From an uncultured bacterium (GTDB taxonomy: Bacteria > Acidobacteriota > HRBIN11 > JAKEFK01): a DNA stretch of 64,000 bases. The stretch is from assembly GCA_963777505.1 (NCBI GenBank), contig CAVZQN010000001.1:320001-384000 (forward strand). The letters are read 5' to 3'. A program made the position numbers and the translations under genes. This document shows positions 49,343-59,666 of this stretch, piece after piece. Every line of letters begins with the position of its first letter. Positions within the stretch are counted from its first letter, which is position 1. Under the pieces are notes generated by a model. The model was given only the letters and a program-made list of their open reading frames with translations. It did no database searches and was not told the DNA's origin.

Positions 49343-49753
49343 ATGAAACTGGATTCAAGAGTTGTGGATACGTCTGCAAATATTACCGTACTGAGCGTTT
49401 CTGGCAGTATTAAATCCGGGCATATGGCTCCGTTAGAAAAGGAATTAAAGAAGATCTATCAGGGCCGCCCAGTTAAACTGATTTTGGATGTTCAAGGCAC
49501 CGATGCCATCGATAGTTCAGGAATCGGCGAACTGATTAAAGCTCGCACTTTCATCATTGAAAAAGGCGGAAGAGTCGCTTTGGTAGGTGTGAATAGCCGC
49601 GTTGAAATGATGATCAAAATCTCGGGATTGGACAATTATTTCCCGATCCTTCCCACGGAGGGAGAAGCCGTTGAATTCTTGAAGGCGCCTCCGCCTCCAG
49701 AGCCACCGAAAGAGCAAGCTGCCGAAACACCCACAGAGGAACCCGTAGAGTGA
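49343..49753 (+). CDS. STAS domain anti-sigma factor antagonist
   Basis: LILD..IDSSGIG (phosphoacceptor Ser) and ISGLD; Pro-rich tail. Confidence 0.88.
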   Translation: MKLDSRVVDTSANITVLSVSGSIKSGHMAPLEKELKKIYQGRPVKLILDVQGTDAIDSSGIGELIKARTFIIEKGGRVALVGVNSRVEMMIKISGLDNYFPILPTEGEAVEFLKAPPPPEPPKEQAAETPTEEPVE

Positions 49754-49822
49754 ACCCGTTTGCTATTCTATGTCCGCTTCGAATCCAGATCTCTGGATTC
49801 TTCTCGAGATAATCTTATCCCC

Positions 49823-49838
49823 CTACCTGTTCAGGTGG
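49823..49838. promoter_or_regulatory. 16-bp quasi-palindrome CTACCTGTTCAGGTGG, copy 2
   Basis: Upstream of the RTX gene; identical to 49092-49107. Confidence 0.5.
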
Positions 49839-49930
49839 GGACGTAGAATTGCAAGAAACTTAATATCGTCGTTTGACGATAAATGATACGAATGGCGTAG
49901 GCGCCGTCACATAGTAAAGGAGATTGACGC

Positions 49931-52060
49931 ATGACGAAGATAGGATCAGGCATTCCAGGTATTCCAGGTTTTCCAGGTGGCTCAAATGAGCCGATAGTAA
50001 TTCAAGGGGGTAGCGGTAATGACAAAATTAACGTTACTCCAGGTTTTGGTGGCGGGGTCAACGTAACTGTAACCGACCAGCACGGTAAATCCTCCACTCA
50101 AAGTTATACAGCAGAAGAAGCCTCACGTTTAGTCATTAAAGGCGGAGCCGGTAATGACAACATCTCAGTCGATCCCAGAGTAAAACAAGGGATCACTATT
50201 GATGGTGGAAGAGGAAATGATACGATTCGCGGCGGCGGCGGAAATGACCGTATTACAGGCGGCCGCGGTGATGATTTCATCGACGGTGGCGCAGGACATG
50301 ATTCCATTTCCGGTGGAAAAGGGAGAGACACCCTTCTTGGTGGTCGTGGTAACGATACCATCGAAGGTGGAAAAGGAAATGATTGGATTTCCGGTGGAGC
50401 CGGAAACGATAGCATCAAAGGTGGAAAAGGAAACGACACAATCCATGGCGGGAGTGGTCGCGATTCCATCGATGGTGGACGCGGAAATGATTGGATTTCC
50501 GGTGGAACCGGAAACGACAGCATCCAGGGTGGACGCGGAAACGACACAATCCACGGCGGAGCAGGACAAGATTCGATCCAGGGTGGACGCGGCAATGATT
50601 GGATTTCCGGTGGAACCGGAAATGACAGCATCCAGGGCGGACGCGGCAACGACACAATCCACGGCGGAGCAGGACATGATTCAATCCAGGGTGGACGCGG
50701 AAACGATTGGATTTCCGGTGGAACCGGAAATGACAGCATCCAGGGTGGACGCGGAAACGACACAATCCACGGTGGAGCCGGACATGATTCACTCCAGGGC
50801 GGAAGCGGAAACGACAACATAACAGGCGGACCTGGATTCGATAATATTTCAGGCGGACGTGGATTCGATAGAGTTAATTACGGTTTTGGTGGTCCACAAT
50901 ACTCACCCCTCAATCCAGGCTTTGCTCCTCGTCCCTATCCCGCAACCGGCCCGATTAATATCGGTGGCGGACGTGGCGACGATACCATAAACGTAACTCC
51001 TGGTAGAAATGGAGGCGTTAATGTATCGGTTACCGATCAATATGGTAGAACATCGCGTCATAGTTTGACCGCTGAAGAAGCTTCTAGATTGAATATTCGC
51101 GGCGGAGCAGGCAACGACAAAATTACGGTCGATCCAAGAGTCACTCAGGGAATTAAGATTGATGGTGGACGCGGAAACGACGTCATTCAAGGCGGAAGCG
51201 GCAACGACACCATTAAAGGTGGCAGCGGAAACGATGTAATTTCTGGCGGAGCCGGAAGGGACAACATTGATGGCGGAAAAGGAAATGATTTATTGCTCGG
51301 TGGAAGCGGCAACGACACTATTAAAGGTGGTAGTGGACGCGATGTAATTTCTGGCGGAACCGGAAGTGACAACATTGATGGCGGCCGCGGGAATGATGTA
51401 TTGCTCGGTGGAAGCGGCAACGACAATATTCAGGGCGGCAGCGGAAAGGATTTCATCGACGGTGGAGCCGGTAACGATCGGATTCGCGGTGGAAGAGGCA
51501 ACGATGTAATCTCCGGCGGAACCGGAAACGATAACATTGATGGCGGCAGCGGAAACGATTGGATCGGCGGCGGAGCCGGTAACGACAGTATTCGCGGTGG
51601 AAGAGGCAACGATGTAATCGCCGGCGGAACTGGAAGAGATAACATTGATGGCGGCAGCGGAAACGATTGGATCGGCGGCGGAGCCGGTAGTGACCGGATT
51701 CGCGGTGGAAGCGGCAACGATGTAATCTCCGGCGGAACTGGAAACGATAGCATCTCCGGTGGAAGCGGTCGCGATAACATCGCAGGTGGAGCAGGCAACG
51801 ATTTCATCACTGGCGGAAGCGGAAATGACAACATCTCTGGTGGATCCGGAAACGATGCCATCTTAGGTGGATCAGGACGCGACAATATTAACGCTGGAAG
51901 CGGCAATGACTTTGTTGCAGGCGGAACTGGAAACGATAACATCATCGGTGGAGCCGGAAACGATGTTCTTCTAGGTAATGCTGGAAACGACACAATCCAT
52001 GGTGATAATCCAACACCAGAAGAGTTGTTACGTAGACGTCGCGGACCAATCAGAGGATAA
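49931..52060 (+). CDS. RTX/hemolysin-type calcium-binding repeat protein
   Basis: Dozens of GGxGxDxIx nonapeptides in two blocks; SD AAGGAG. Confidence 0.9.
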   Translation: MTKIGSGIPGIPGFPGGSNEPIVIQGGSGNDKINVTPGFGGGVNVTVTDQHGKSSTQSYTAEEASRLVIKGGAGNDNISVDPRVKQGITIDGGRGNDTIRGGGGNDRITGGRGDDFIDGGAGHDSISGGKGRDTLLGGRGNDTIEGGKGNDWISGGAGNDSIKGGKGNDTIHGGSGRDSIDGGRGNDWISGGTGNDSIQGGRGNDTIHGGAGQDSIQGGRGNDWISGGTGNDSIQGGRGNDTIHGGAGHDSIQGGRGNDWISGGTGNDSIQGGRGNDTIHGGAGHDSLQGGSGNDNITGGPGFDNISGGRGFDRVNYGFGGPQYSPLNPGFAPRPYPATGPINIGGGRGDDTINVTPGRNGGVNVSVTDQYGRTSRHSLTAEEASRLNIRGGAGNDKITVDPRVTQGIKIDGGRGNDVIQGGSGNDTIKGGSGNDVISGGAGRDNIDGGKGNDLLLGGSGNDTIKGGSGRDVISGGTGSDNIDGGRGNDVLLGGSGNDNIQGGSGKDFIDGGAGNDRIRGGRGNDVISGGTGNDNIDGGSGNDWIGGGAGNDSIRGGRGNDVIAGGTGRDNIDGGSGNDWIGGGAGSDRIRGGSGNDVISGGTGNDSISGGSGRDNIAGGAGNDFITGGSGNDNISGGSGNDAILGGSGRDNINAGSGNDFVAGGTGNDNIIGGAGNDVLLGNAGNDTIHGDNPTPEELLRRRRGPIRG
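50366..50797 (+). repeat. Four tandem 108-bp units inside the RTX gene
   Basis: Units start at 50366, 50474, 50582 and 50690; the last three are nearly identical. Confidence 0.85.
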
Positions 52061-52093
52061 TCCGCACACTTCACAACTTAGAACTAGATAAGT

Positions 52094-52134
52094 ACTCCGG
52101 AGCCGCCCACTCGGGTTGGTTCCGGAGTTTTTTT
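52094..52134 (+). terminator. Intrinsic terminator after the RTX gene
   Basis: ACTCCGGAGCC...GGTTCCGGAGT stem followed by a T-run. Confidence 0.85.
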
Positions 52135-52185
52135 GGCCGCATCGTGGCAATTCAAATTCTTTCGCGTTAAATTCAATTTTAAGAA

Positions 52186-53103
52186 ATGAAAATACATCGT
52201 TTAGCTCTTTTGATACTTTTACTTGCAACAACCGCATTTGGCGACGACGATTTCCAGGAAGTTGTTTCTGTTCAAGCAGTCAATGTATTTCTAACAGCGC
52301 GTGATGGCGATGGAAAAATGATCCGCGATCTTAACAGGAAAGAGATAACAGTATTGGAGAATGGAGTAACACAACCGATTCTCGACATTTCTAACCTTGC
52401 CTTGGAACAAACAGATAAATGGAGCGGAAAGGATGTCCCATTAAGTGTTACTTTTGCAATGGATATTAGTGCGAGCATGCGCAGCAAAGAAGGAAATGGA
52501 AATCGAATGGACGTTGCAAAAAGTGCAGTTCTAATGCTCATGGATGAATTGAAACCAGATGATCAAATGATGCTCACTTCATTCGGACGCTTTCCAAGGA
52601 TTCTTACTGAAAACACGGTCGATAAAAAACTTATAGAAGATCTTCTTCTATTGCAGAAGCCGAATGAGGGTAAGACTGCACTCTACGACTCGCTTTCTGT
52701 TGTATTAGATAAGATGGAAGGTTTTCCTGGAAGAAGGATCCTGGTTCTATGTACGGATGGAGATGACAATTCAAGCGTGATGAATTTTACAAGTTTTTTG
52801 AATAAACTTGCTGGAACTGATGTTTTGATTCTTGCTTTTACAGTTCCTTCCTCAAATCCAACGCACAACAAATACGAAATACAAAAGATGGCTGAGGTCA
52901 CAGGCGGTTATGCATTCTTTCCAGAGAATGTGCAACATCTTCAAGAAATTCTCGCACAACTAAGGCGCGCCATGCGGAGTCAATATTCACTCTGGTATCG
53001 ATCTTCAAATAATTCAAAGGATGGAAATTGGAGAACAATTCAAATTCTCTGCAACCGGCCAGGAATTGAGGTCTATCATCGGTCAGGATATTTCGCCCGC
53101 TGA
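52186..53103 (+). CDS. VWA domain protein (acidobacterial VWFA-related type)
   Basis: DISASM (MIDAS), TALYD, TDGDD, TGG and QYSLWY..DGNWRTI..HRSGY. Confidence 0.88.
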   Translation: MKIHRLALLILLLATTAFGDDDFQEVVSVQAVNVFLTARDGDGKMIRDLNRKEITVLENGVTQPILDISNLALEQTDKWSGKDVPLSVTFAMDISASMRSKEGNGNRMDVAKSAVLMLMDELKPDDQMMLTSFGRFPRILTENTVDKKLIEDLLLLQKPNEGKTALYDSLSVVLDKMEGFPGRRILVLCTDGDDNSSVMNFTSFLNKLAGTDVLILAFTVPSSNPTHNKYEIQKMAEVTGGYAFFPENVQHLQEILAQLRRAMRSQYSLWYRSSNNSKDGNWRTIQILCNRPGIEVYHRSGYFAR

Positions 53104-53131
53104 TCTCACCAAAATATGATACGCTCAGAAT

Positions 53132-53599
53132 ATGAACCCTATAGAAAATCTTTCAGGATATGCAGGTAAGTGGAAAGGCACAAACCGGCTTCAGAATCCT
53201 AATACGAATGCAGCAGAGGATTCAGAATCAGTATTAACTTTGAACCCCATTCTACTAGGCAGATTCATTCGAATGGATTACACCTGGGATTCTTTAGGGA
53301 AACCGCAAGAAGGATCGATGCTGATCGGGTACGACAAAGAAGCTAAGGATGTAACCATCCACTGGATCGATACATGGCACAATGGCAATAACGTAATGGT
53401 ATCCCGTGGTAAAGCAGATGAGGACGGAAACATTTCTACCTTTGGTACGTTTCCAGCACCACCTGATCCTGATTGGGGTTGGACAATAAAAATCACACCG
53501 GCTCAGAATCAGTCAATTCGGATTGTAATGCATTGTGTTCCGCCAGAAGGCAGTGGCGATGCATTCTTCGCCTGCGAATCCAACTACAAGAAGATATAA
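53132..53599 (+). CDS. DUF1579-like protein
   Basis: GKWKG, LLGRFI, IGYD and WIDTWH. Confidence 0.65.
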   Translation: MNPIENLSGYAGKWKGTNRLQNPNTNAAEDSESVLTLNPILLGRFIRMDYTWDSLGKPQEGSMLIGYDKEAKDVTIHWIDTWHNGNNVMVSRGKADEDGNISTFGTFPAPPDPDWGWTIKITPAQNQSIRIVMHCVPPEGSGDAFFACESNYKKI

Positions 53600-53603
53600 C
53601 AAT

Positions 53604-53729
53604 CGGAGCGCGGGCATCCTTGCCCGCATTACGGGCCGCAGGCATCCTGCCTGCAAGAATTATCTGCAGGATTTATACACGCGGACTGGAAGTCCGCGTC
53701 CCATAATGCAGGCTAGAAGCCTGCGCTCC
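53604..53729. repeat. Cluster of four REP-like palindromes between convergent genes
   Basis: GGAGCGCGGGCATCCTTGCCCGC ... GCAGGCTAGAAGCCTGCGCTCC. Confidence 0.8.
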
Positions 53730-53738
53730 GTAATAGAA

Positions 53739-56700
53739 TTACTTTGGTAGTTGCACCGGCAACACACCTACAGCAAGTGCTTGCTTATTGAATGCCGCTA
53801 CATCTGTAGATAGTACTGCTTCCAATTTTGCAAGCTGGGCATCAACAGCCGTTTCAAGATCTCGAACCCGATCTTTTTGCCCATCTGTTGGGCGGCTATC
53901 TGTTCCGTCCAGATGCATATAGACATAAGCGAGCTGGTTGTCCAGCTTGGTGGGATAATTTTCCGTATCTTGATCGGCTTCGTTTTTTGGCTGCATCAAT
54001 TCTGATTCGATTGCGCTGAGTTTATCCCACAATGCATCAGCCGCTTTTCGTAATTCACTTGAGTCCTTTCCTGATTTTGAAAGTCTGTCTACAACATCGC
54101 GAGCCTGGTCACGAACGAACCGGATCTTTCTAACTCCACCATAAATCTGATTTAAACGATTCTGTATTTGATACGCAAATGCAAACTGTTCATTCAACTC
54201 TTCTTCCGAAGCAGAAGCTCTTGGATCTTTGATCACCTTGAACGGCTGAGTTTGTTTCCAATTTCCAATTGCCAGAGTCGCTTGAAATGTGCCGGGTGCA
54301 ACTCGGGTTCCACCAACAAATCCCCATACGATTGTACCTTTTGGAAAATCGACGGCAGGATAGCGAAGGTCCCAAACAAAGCGATTTGAACCAATATTTT
54401 TTGTAAGGATCCTATCTCCGGAAAAATTCCCCATGAAACCATACGGAAAATCAACATCCGGTTGAGATTTTCCTTCGCTGGAAAAAGTTTGAATCAACTG
54501 ACCTTTCGAATCTGAAATTGTCAGAGTTATTTCACCATTCACTTTTTCTGGCAGAGTATAAAAAATCATTGCACCGCGAGGCGGATTGGAATCAGATCCT
54601 GACAGCTGCATTCGCACTGTATCACGCGGCTTAAAAAGCCATGGCTCTTTATCCTTCGCAGCACCATCTGCAAGTTGATGCACGACTGTTACATCATCAA
54701 GGATCCAGAAACTTCTTCCTTGCGTTGAAAGCACAAGATCATTTTGGTGTACTTTCAAATCGGTGACAGGCACGACCGGAAGATTCATTTGAAATGATTG
54801 CCAGCTGTTGCCATCATCGAAGGATACATACATTCCGGATTCAGTTCCTGCATAAAGCAATCCTTTTCGCACAGGATCTTCGCGTACCACACGTGTTGGA
54901 TTGCCTGCAGCAATTCCGTTTTTGCCGTTCGCAAGAGAGGTCCAATTCTTTCCGTAATCTGTCGTCTTAAAAATGTATGGCTGAAAATCGCCAAGCTTAT
55001 GCTTTAAAACTGTGATGATAGCCTTTGCAGGATCATGCGGCGAGGGTTCAATGCTGTTGATGCCTCCCCATTCCGGCACACCTTTAGGAGTTACATTCCG
55101 CCAGGTCTTGCCATGATCATCAGAAACATGGACTAAACCATCATCGCTTCCTGCCCAAAGCACACCTGCCTTCACAGGCGACTCTTCAAACGAAAGCACA
55201 TTGGAATAAACTTCAATGCCTGTATTTTCGTAGGTTATCGGCTCGCCAGAATAGTCTTGTTTTGTTTTATCATTGCGCGAAAGATCAGGACTGATTACTT
55301 CCCAACTTTGTCCTTCATTTGTTGTCCGATGAACAAATTGCGATGCAAAATAAATCTCTTTTGGATTGTGACGGGATACACGAAGCGGCGCATTCCAATT
55401 AAACCTGTAACGTAAATCCTTCGGCGCCAAGCCAATTTCCATTTCAGGATAGGCCATCACATTACGAAATTCATTCGTCTTTTGATTCAAGCGTGTAATT
55501 TCACCGCCATAACTTCCGGCATAAACAATATCGGGATTACTGTAAGCAAAACCGATGTGTCCGCTTTCACCGCCGCCCATGTTACGCCAATCTTCAAAAG
55601 ACGTAAGCTTTCCAGATTCCAATCTGCTTGGTAATGAAATTGTGCTGTTATCCTGTTGCGCGCCATAGACTCGATACGGAAATTGATTGTCCACAGCAAC
55701 GTAATACATTTCTGCGGTTGGCTGATTCAGCAATGTGGACCAGTTTTTGCCTTCATCAAATGTAACGGAAGCACCACCATCCGTTCCCATGACCATAATT
55801 CGCGTATCAGAAGGATTAATCCAAAGATCATGTCCATCACCATGAGGGACGGCAACCTCTTCCCAATTCTCACCGCCATCGCGTGAGCGGAATTGATCTA
55901 CATTTAAGACGTACACTTTTTGTTGATCTTTTGGATCAGCATATATATGCATGTAATACCACGGACGCTGATAGAGTCTTCGAGTTTGATTTGTTTTTAA
56001 GAGCTTCCAGCTTTGTCCACCATCATCAGAACGGAATACACCTCCCTTCTCAGCTTCGACAAGAGCCCACATACGATTCGGATTCGCGGGAGATATTGTC
56101 ACTCCGATTTTTCCAACGACACCTTCAGGCAATCCGCCTGTAACTTTTTCCCATGAATCGCCGCCATTCATGCTTTTATACAACCCACTCTCCTCACTTC
56201 CAGAAATAATGGTCCATGGCTTGCGTTGCATAGTCCACGCTACTGCAAATAAAATTCGTGGATTCGTCGGATCCATCACAATATCGTCGAATCCGGTTTT
56301 GGGGCTGATATTTAGAATTTTTTCCCAATCTTTTCCGCCATTTTTCGAACGATATAAACCACGTTCTTCGTTGTGTGCAAAAGGATTTCCAAGTACCGCA
56401 ACATAAACCAGATTCGGATCATCAGGATGAATTACGATTCGCCCAATTTGTCCGGCTTTGCGCAATCCTGAGTGTGTCCATTTTTTTCCACCATCGAGCG
56501 ATTTATAAATGCCAACACCTACAGAAACATTGCCTCGAATTGTGGACTGCCCTGTTCCTACGTAAACAATATTCGGATCTGATTGCGACACAGCAATCGC
56601 ACCGATCGAACCGCTTTCAAAAAATGCATCCGAAATGTTTTCCCATGTTTGACCCTGCATTTTCTGTTTTCCAAACACCACCCGAATTTCCCATCAAGAA

Positions 56701-56865
56701 TGTATACGTTTGACCTGGAACGCCCGTTACCGCGCTGCATCGCCCTCCGCGACTCGGTCCAATACTTCTGTATTTCAAAGCTTGCAGTTTTGATTGATCA
56801 ATCTCTGCTTCAGCAGAAACAAAACCAATTAAGATTGCACAACAAGTCAGAATGAATTTCCTCAT
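53739..56865 (-). CDS. Exported VPS10/BNR-repeat glycosyl-hydrolase-like protein; frameshift near 56654
   Basis: YRSIGPSRGGR, many SxDGGxxW Asp-boxes and STQGRSFWILDD; SD GAGGAG before ATG 56865. Confidence 0.85.
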
Positions 56866-56882
56866 AATTTCTCCTCGTACTT

Positions 56883-57965
56883 TCATGTAGATACAACTGG
56901 CTCACGATACAGCGGTGCTAATACAGATACTTCATCAATAATCTTCATAAGTTCATCACGAACAGGAAATTGAAGGTGTTTGTTCAGGGCCGATTCTCCT
57001 GCGCGTTGAAGGGATTTACGTAGTTGCTGATCAAAGAGTACTTTTCGAATCAGCCCTGCAACGATTTCTGGATTTTTTTCGTGAAAAAGAAGCGCACCGC
57101 CATCAGCGGTTTCAGGAATCGCTCCCGCAGCATACGCTACAACTGGGACTTTAAAATGAAAAGCTTCCAAAATTGGAACACAAAAACCTTCATGTTCACT
57201 GACAACCAGCAAAGCATCTGCAAGATGATAAAGAGCATTTAAGTCCTCTTGCGTGATGAGGCCAAGAAAATCACATTTTGCTTTGCACTCACGCGCTGCT
57301 TCCCTGACAGCAAGATAATATGGCACTGCGTCTCGGGAAGTTCCAACAATAACGAACCTTACATCGCGGAACAATGATGCAATTCTGATTGCATCCTCTA
57401 CTTTCTTATTTGGCGCAATCCTGCCTACGACTAAAACTTTTTTCTCTTTTCCACTGAAGGCCTGCAGCGTCACAGGATCGGGAGGCAGCTCAAGCCGCTT
57501 AATGTTGATTTGAAGCGGAAGCCACGATGTTCTCTGCAAACCTCCATTCCGAAGATCCTGAAGACTGAATTGTGAAAATGCGACACCATAATGAACAAAT
57601 GGAAGAATTTCAGCAAGATCACTCTTTCCGCGAAGGCAATGAAAAGCCGCCAGCGCATTGATGTTCATCCAATACTGATATGGTGTAACGTTGTGGTAAA
57701 AGAGAATTTTTCTAGCCTTGAAGAAAGGAAGTGTCACCATTCCCATTGATGCGATTGAATAATGTGCTATCAAAATATTTTCTGGTGAATCCATAAATGG
57801 ATAATTACCCAGATGAAGACATTGACCGGTATACTCAGATTCAACTTGTTCTGCAAAGATTTCGGATTTAAATCCTTCCTTTCTTAAAAGAGTTTGAAGA
57901 GAAAATGCTGCATTTGTAACGGCATCGCCTACAGCAATTGAAGTTACAAGTTGATGAATTTCCAT
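56883..57965 (-). CDS. GT4 family glycosyltransferase
   Basis: GDAV, YHNVTP, VGRIAPNK and SEHEGFCVPILEA. Start MEIHQ; the upstream track extension overlaps kamA. Confidence 0.88.
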   Translation of the reverse strand: MEIHQLVTSIAVGDAVTNAAFSLQTLLRKEGFKSEIFAEQVESEYTGQCLHLGNYPFMDSPENILIAHYSIASMGMVTLPFFKARKILFYHNVTPYQYWMNINALAAFHCLRGKSDLAEILPFVHYGVAFSQFSLQDLRNGGLQRTSWLPLQINIKRLELPPDPVTLQAFSGKEKKVLVVGRIAPNKKVEDAIRIASLFRDVRFVIVGTSRDAVPYYLAVREAARECKAKCDFLGLITQEDLNALYHLADALLVVSEHEGFCVPILEAFHFKVPVVAYAAGAIPETADGGALLFHEKNPEIVAGLIRKVLFDQQLRKSLQRAGESALNKHLQFPVRDELMKIIDEVSVLAPLYREPVVST

Positions 57966-58026
57966 GGGATTTTGCGGCTTGATATTAACACGAGTAGCTT
58001 TTTTTACCGCGAAGGGCGCAGAGTTT

Positions 58027-59403
58027 TTAGGCGTGTACTTGAGTTTGCGCCAGCTTTGCTTGTTCGCCCCAGTATGTCTGGCCTGCTTCAGGCAGCGTAT
58101 AAACCGGATCGTAGTATTCGTACATGTGAGACAACGCATCTGGATCGCTTTCTTCCATAATTGTGCGGTAATTTTTTGTCCAGTAACTGATTCCAAGCTC
58201 ACGATTGTAATTCTTTATTTGATGAACCCATCGTTTGCCAACAAATGGAACGTCACAGACAATTCGTGGTGTCGCAAAACCCGGAACATAACCCATAATG
58301 TCATGCTGAAGCTGCTGTGCTTCATGAACCGCCAAACGCCAGTGTTCAGAGTTCGGAATCATGTCACACATATAAAAATAGTAAGGCATGATTTTGGCGT
58401 GATCCAACAACGTAAAACAAAGATCGAGTAAATCTTTGCTCGTTGAGTTAACCCCGCGCATCAAAACACCTTGATTCCGCACATCGCGATAACCCATCTC
58501 AAGCAATTTCTTCACAGCTTCCGCAACAAGAGGCGTCAGTGAATTTGCATGATTCACATGTGTATGAACAGCAAGATCAACTCCACGCTCCCATGCCTTT
58601 TTTGCCATTCTTTCAAATGCTTTCAGTACATCATCTTGTAAGAAGTGCTGTGGAATACCCATCAGACCTTTTGTTGCAAGACGGATATCCAGAATGTTTG
58701 GAATATCCAGCAGTTGTGAAACGAAATCTTCCAGGACTGTGATCGGGACATTTGCAATATCACCACCAGAAACGACGACATCTCGAACAGAACGATTACT
58801 CCGCAGATATTCAAGCATCGCTTTATAGCGATCCTTTTGATTCAGCTGAAATTTATGTTTTTCAACTTGCGGAACACTGTTACCAACAAGATCCATACGC
58901 GTACAATGTCCACAATACTGAGGGCAGGTGCTTAACAATTCAGCAAGTACCTTTGTTGGATAACGGTGCGTGAGACCTTCGACAACCCACATATCACTTT
59001 CATGCAAAGAGTCGCGCGTTGCTTTCGGATGGCTTGGCCAAACAGGATGCCGGTCTGCAAATGTAGGAAGCATGTACCGGCGGATTGGATCGAGCCAAAG
59101 ATCTGAATAATCCATTGTATTCAGCATTTGCGGTGGGACGAGAAGCGACATAGTGGCACGTTCACGCTGATCTTTTTCAATAGCTTCTGCAAGCGGATCC
59201 GGAAGGAGATTTCCCAGAGTATTCTTTAACTCTTTAATATTTTTTATTGTATGTTTGCGCTGCCATAGCGCACTTCTCCACTCTTCCGCTGATACATCGC
59301 GGAATGCTGGAATCCTTCGCCAATCCGGTTCAACGAATTCCCTTTTTAAAGGATACCGGTATGGTTGCGCCACTTTTTTATCAATATTGTCGTTTGTCGT
59401 CAT
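58027..59403 (-). CDS. kamA: KamA family radical SAM aminomutase (lysine 2,3-aminomutase-like)
   Basis: GLTHRYPTK, CPQYCGHCTR (CxxxCxxC), VVSGGD, THVNH, NQGVL and PFVGK. Confidence 0.82.
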   Translation of the reverse strand: MTTNDNIDKKVAQPYRYPLKREFVEPDWRRIPAFRDVSAEEWRSALWQRKHTIKNIKELKNTLGNLLPDPLAEAIEKDQRERATMSLLVPPQMLNTMDYSDLWLDPIRRYMLPTFADRHPVWPSHPKATRDSLHESDMWVVEGLTHRYPTKVLAELLSTCPQYCGHCTRMDLVGNSVPQVEKHKFQLNQKDRYKAMLEYLRSNRSVRDVVVSGGDIANVPITVLEDFVSQLLDIPNILDIRLATKGLMGIPQHFLQDDVLKAFERMAKKAWERGVDLAVHTHVNHANSLTPLVAEAVKKLLEMGYRDVRNQGVLMRGVNSTSKDLLDLCFTLLDHAKIMPYYFYMCDMIPNSEHWRLAVHEAQQLQHDIMGYVPGFATPRIVCDVPFVGKRWVHQIKNYNRELGISYWTKNYRTIMEESDPDALSHMYEYYDPVYTLPEAGQTYWGEQAKLAQTQVHA

Positions 59404-59492
59404 GAATACACCGCCGTCTACGCTCGCAAGGCTGGGAAGAATGTAAGGCTTTACTATGCCGGTTGCAAGCCCTTAATTATACAACGGCATTT

Positions 59493-59609
59493 GTAGATAG
59501 CCACGCAGTCCAGACGCATGTACGCGGCCGAACAGTGCCGTTAAATTCTTCAAAAAATCTCGAATCTCACGGCACTGCCCCGCATTCGCTCAGCTGCGTG
59601 CCTATCTAC
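59493..59609. mobile_element. ~117-bp palindromic non-autonomous element, copy 2 (inverted relative to 35415-35529)
   Basis: Its reverse complement GTAGATAGGCACGCAGCTGAGCGAATGCGGGGCAGTGCCGT...AACGGCACTG...CTAC aligns with copy 1. Confidence 0.65.
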
Positions 59610-59666
59610 AAAAAACGTTGAAAACTTGAAGGTATTATCGTAAGGTAAAGGGCCGGAGACAATGAT

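Noticed and set aside
49190-49885. Sigma28 promoters from GACGATA motifs
   Set aside because: No properly spaced TAAA -35 element found.
50366-50797. CRISPR-like periodicity
   Set aside because: These are in-frame coding tandem repeats with no unique spacers and no cas genes.
50104-52074. Long Pro/Ser-rich antisense and alternate-frame ORFs
   Set aside because: By-products of the GGxGxD repeat codons.
58027-59403. EpmB or PylB assignment
   Set aside because: Longer than EpmB with no efp/epmA nearby; no pyl genes; motifs fit KamA.
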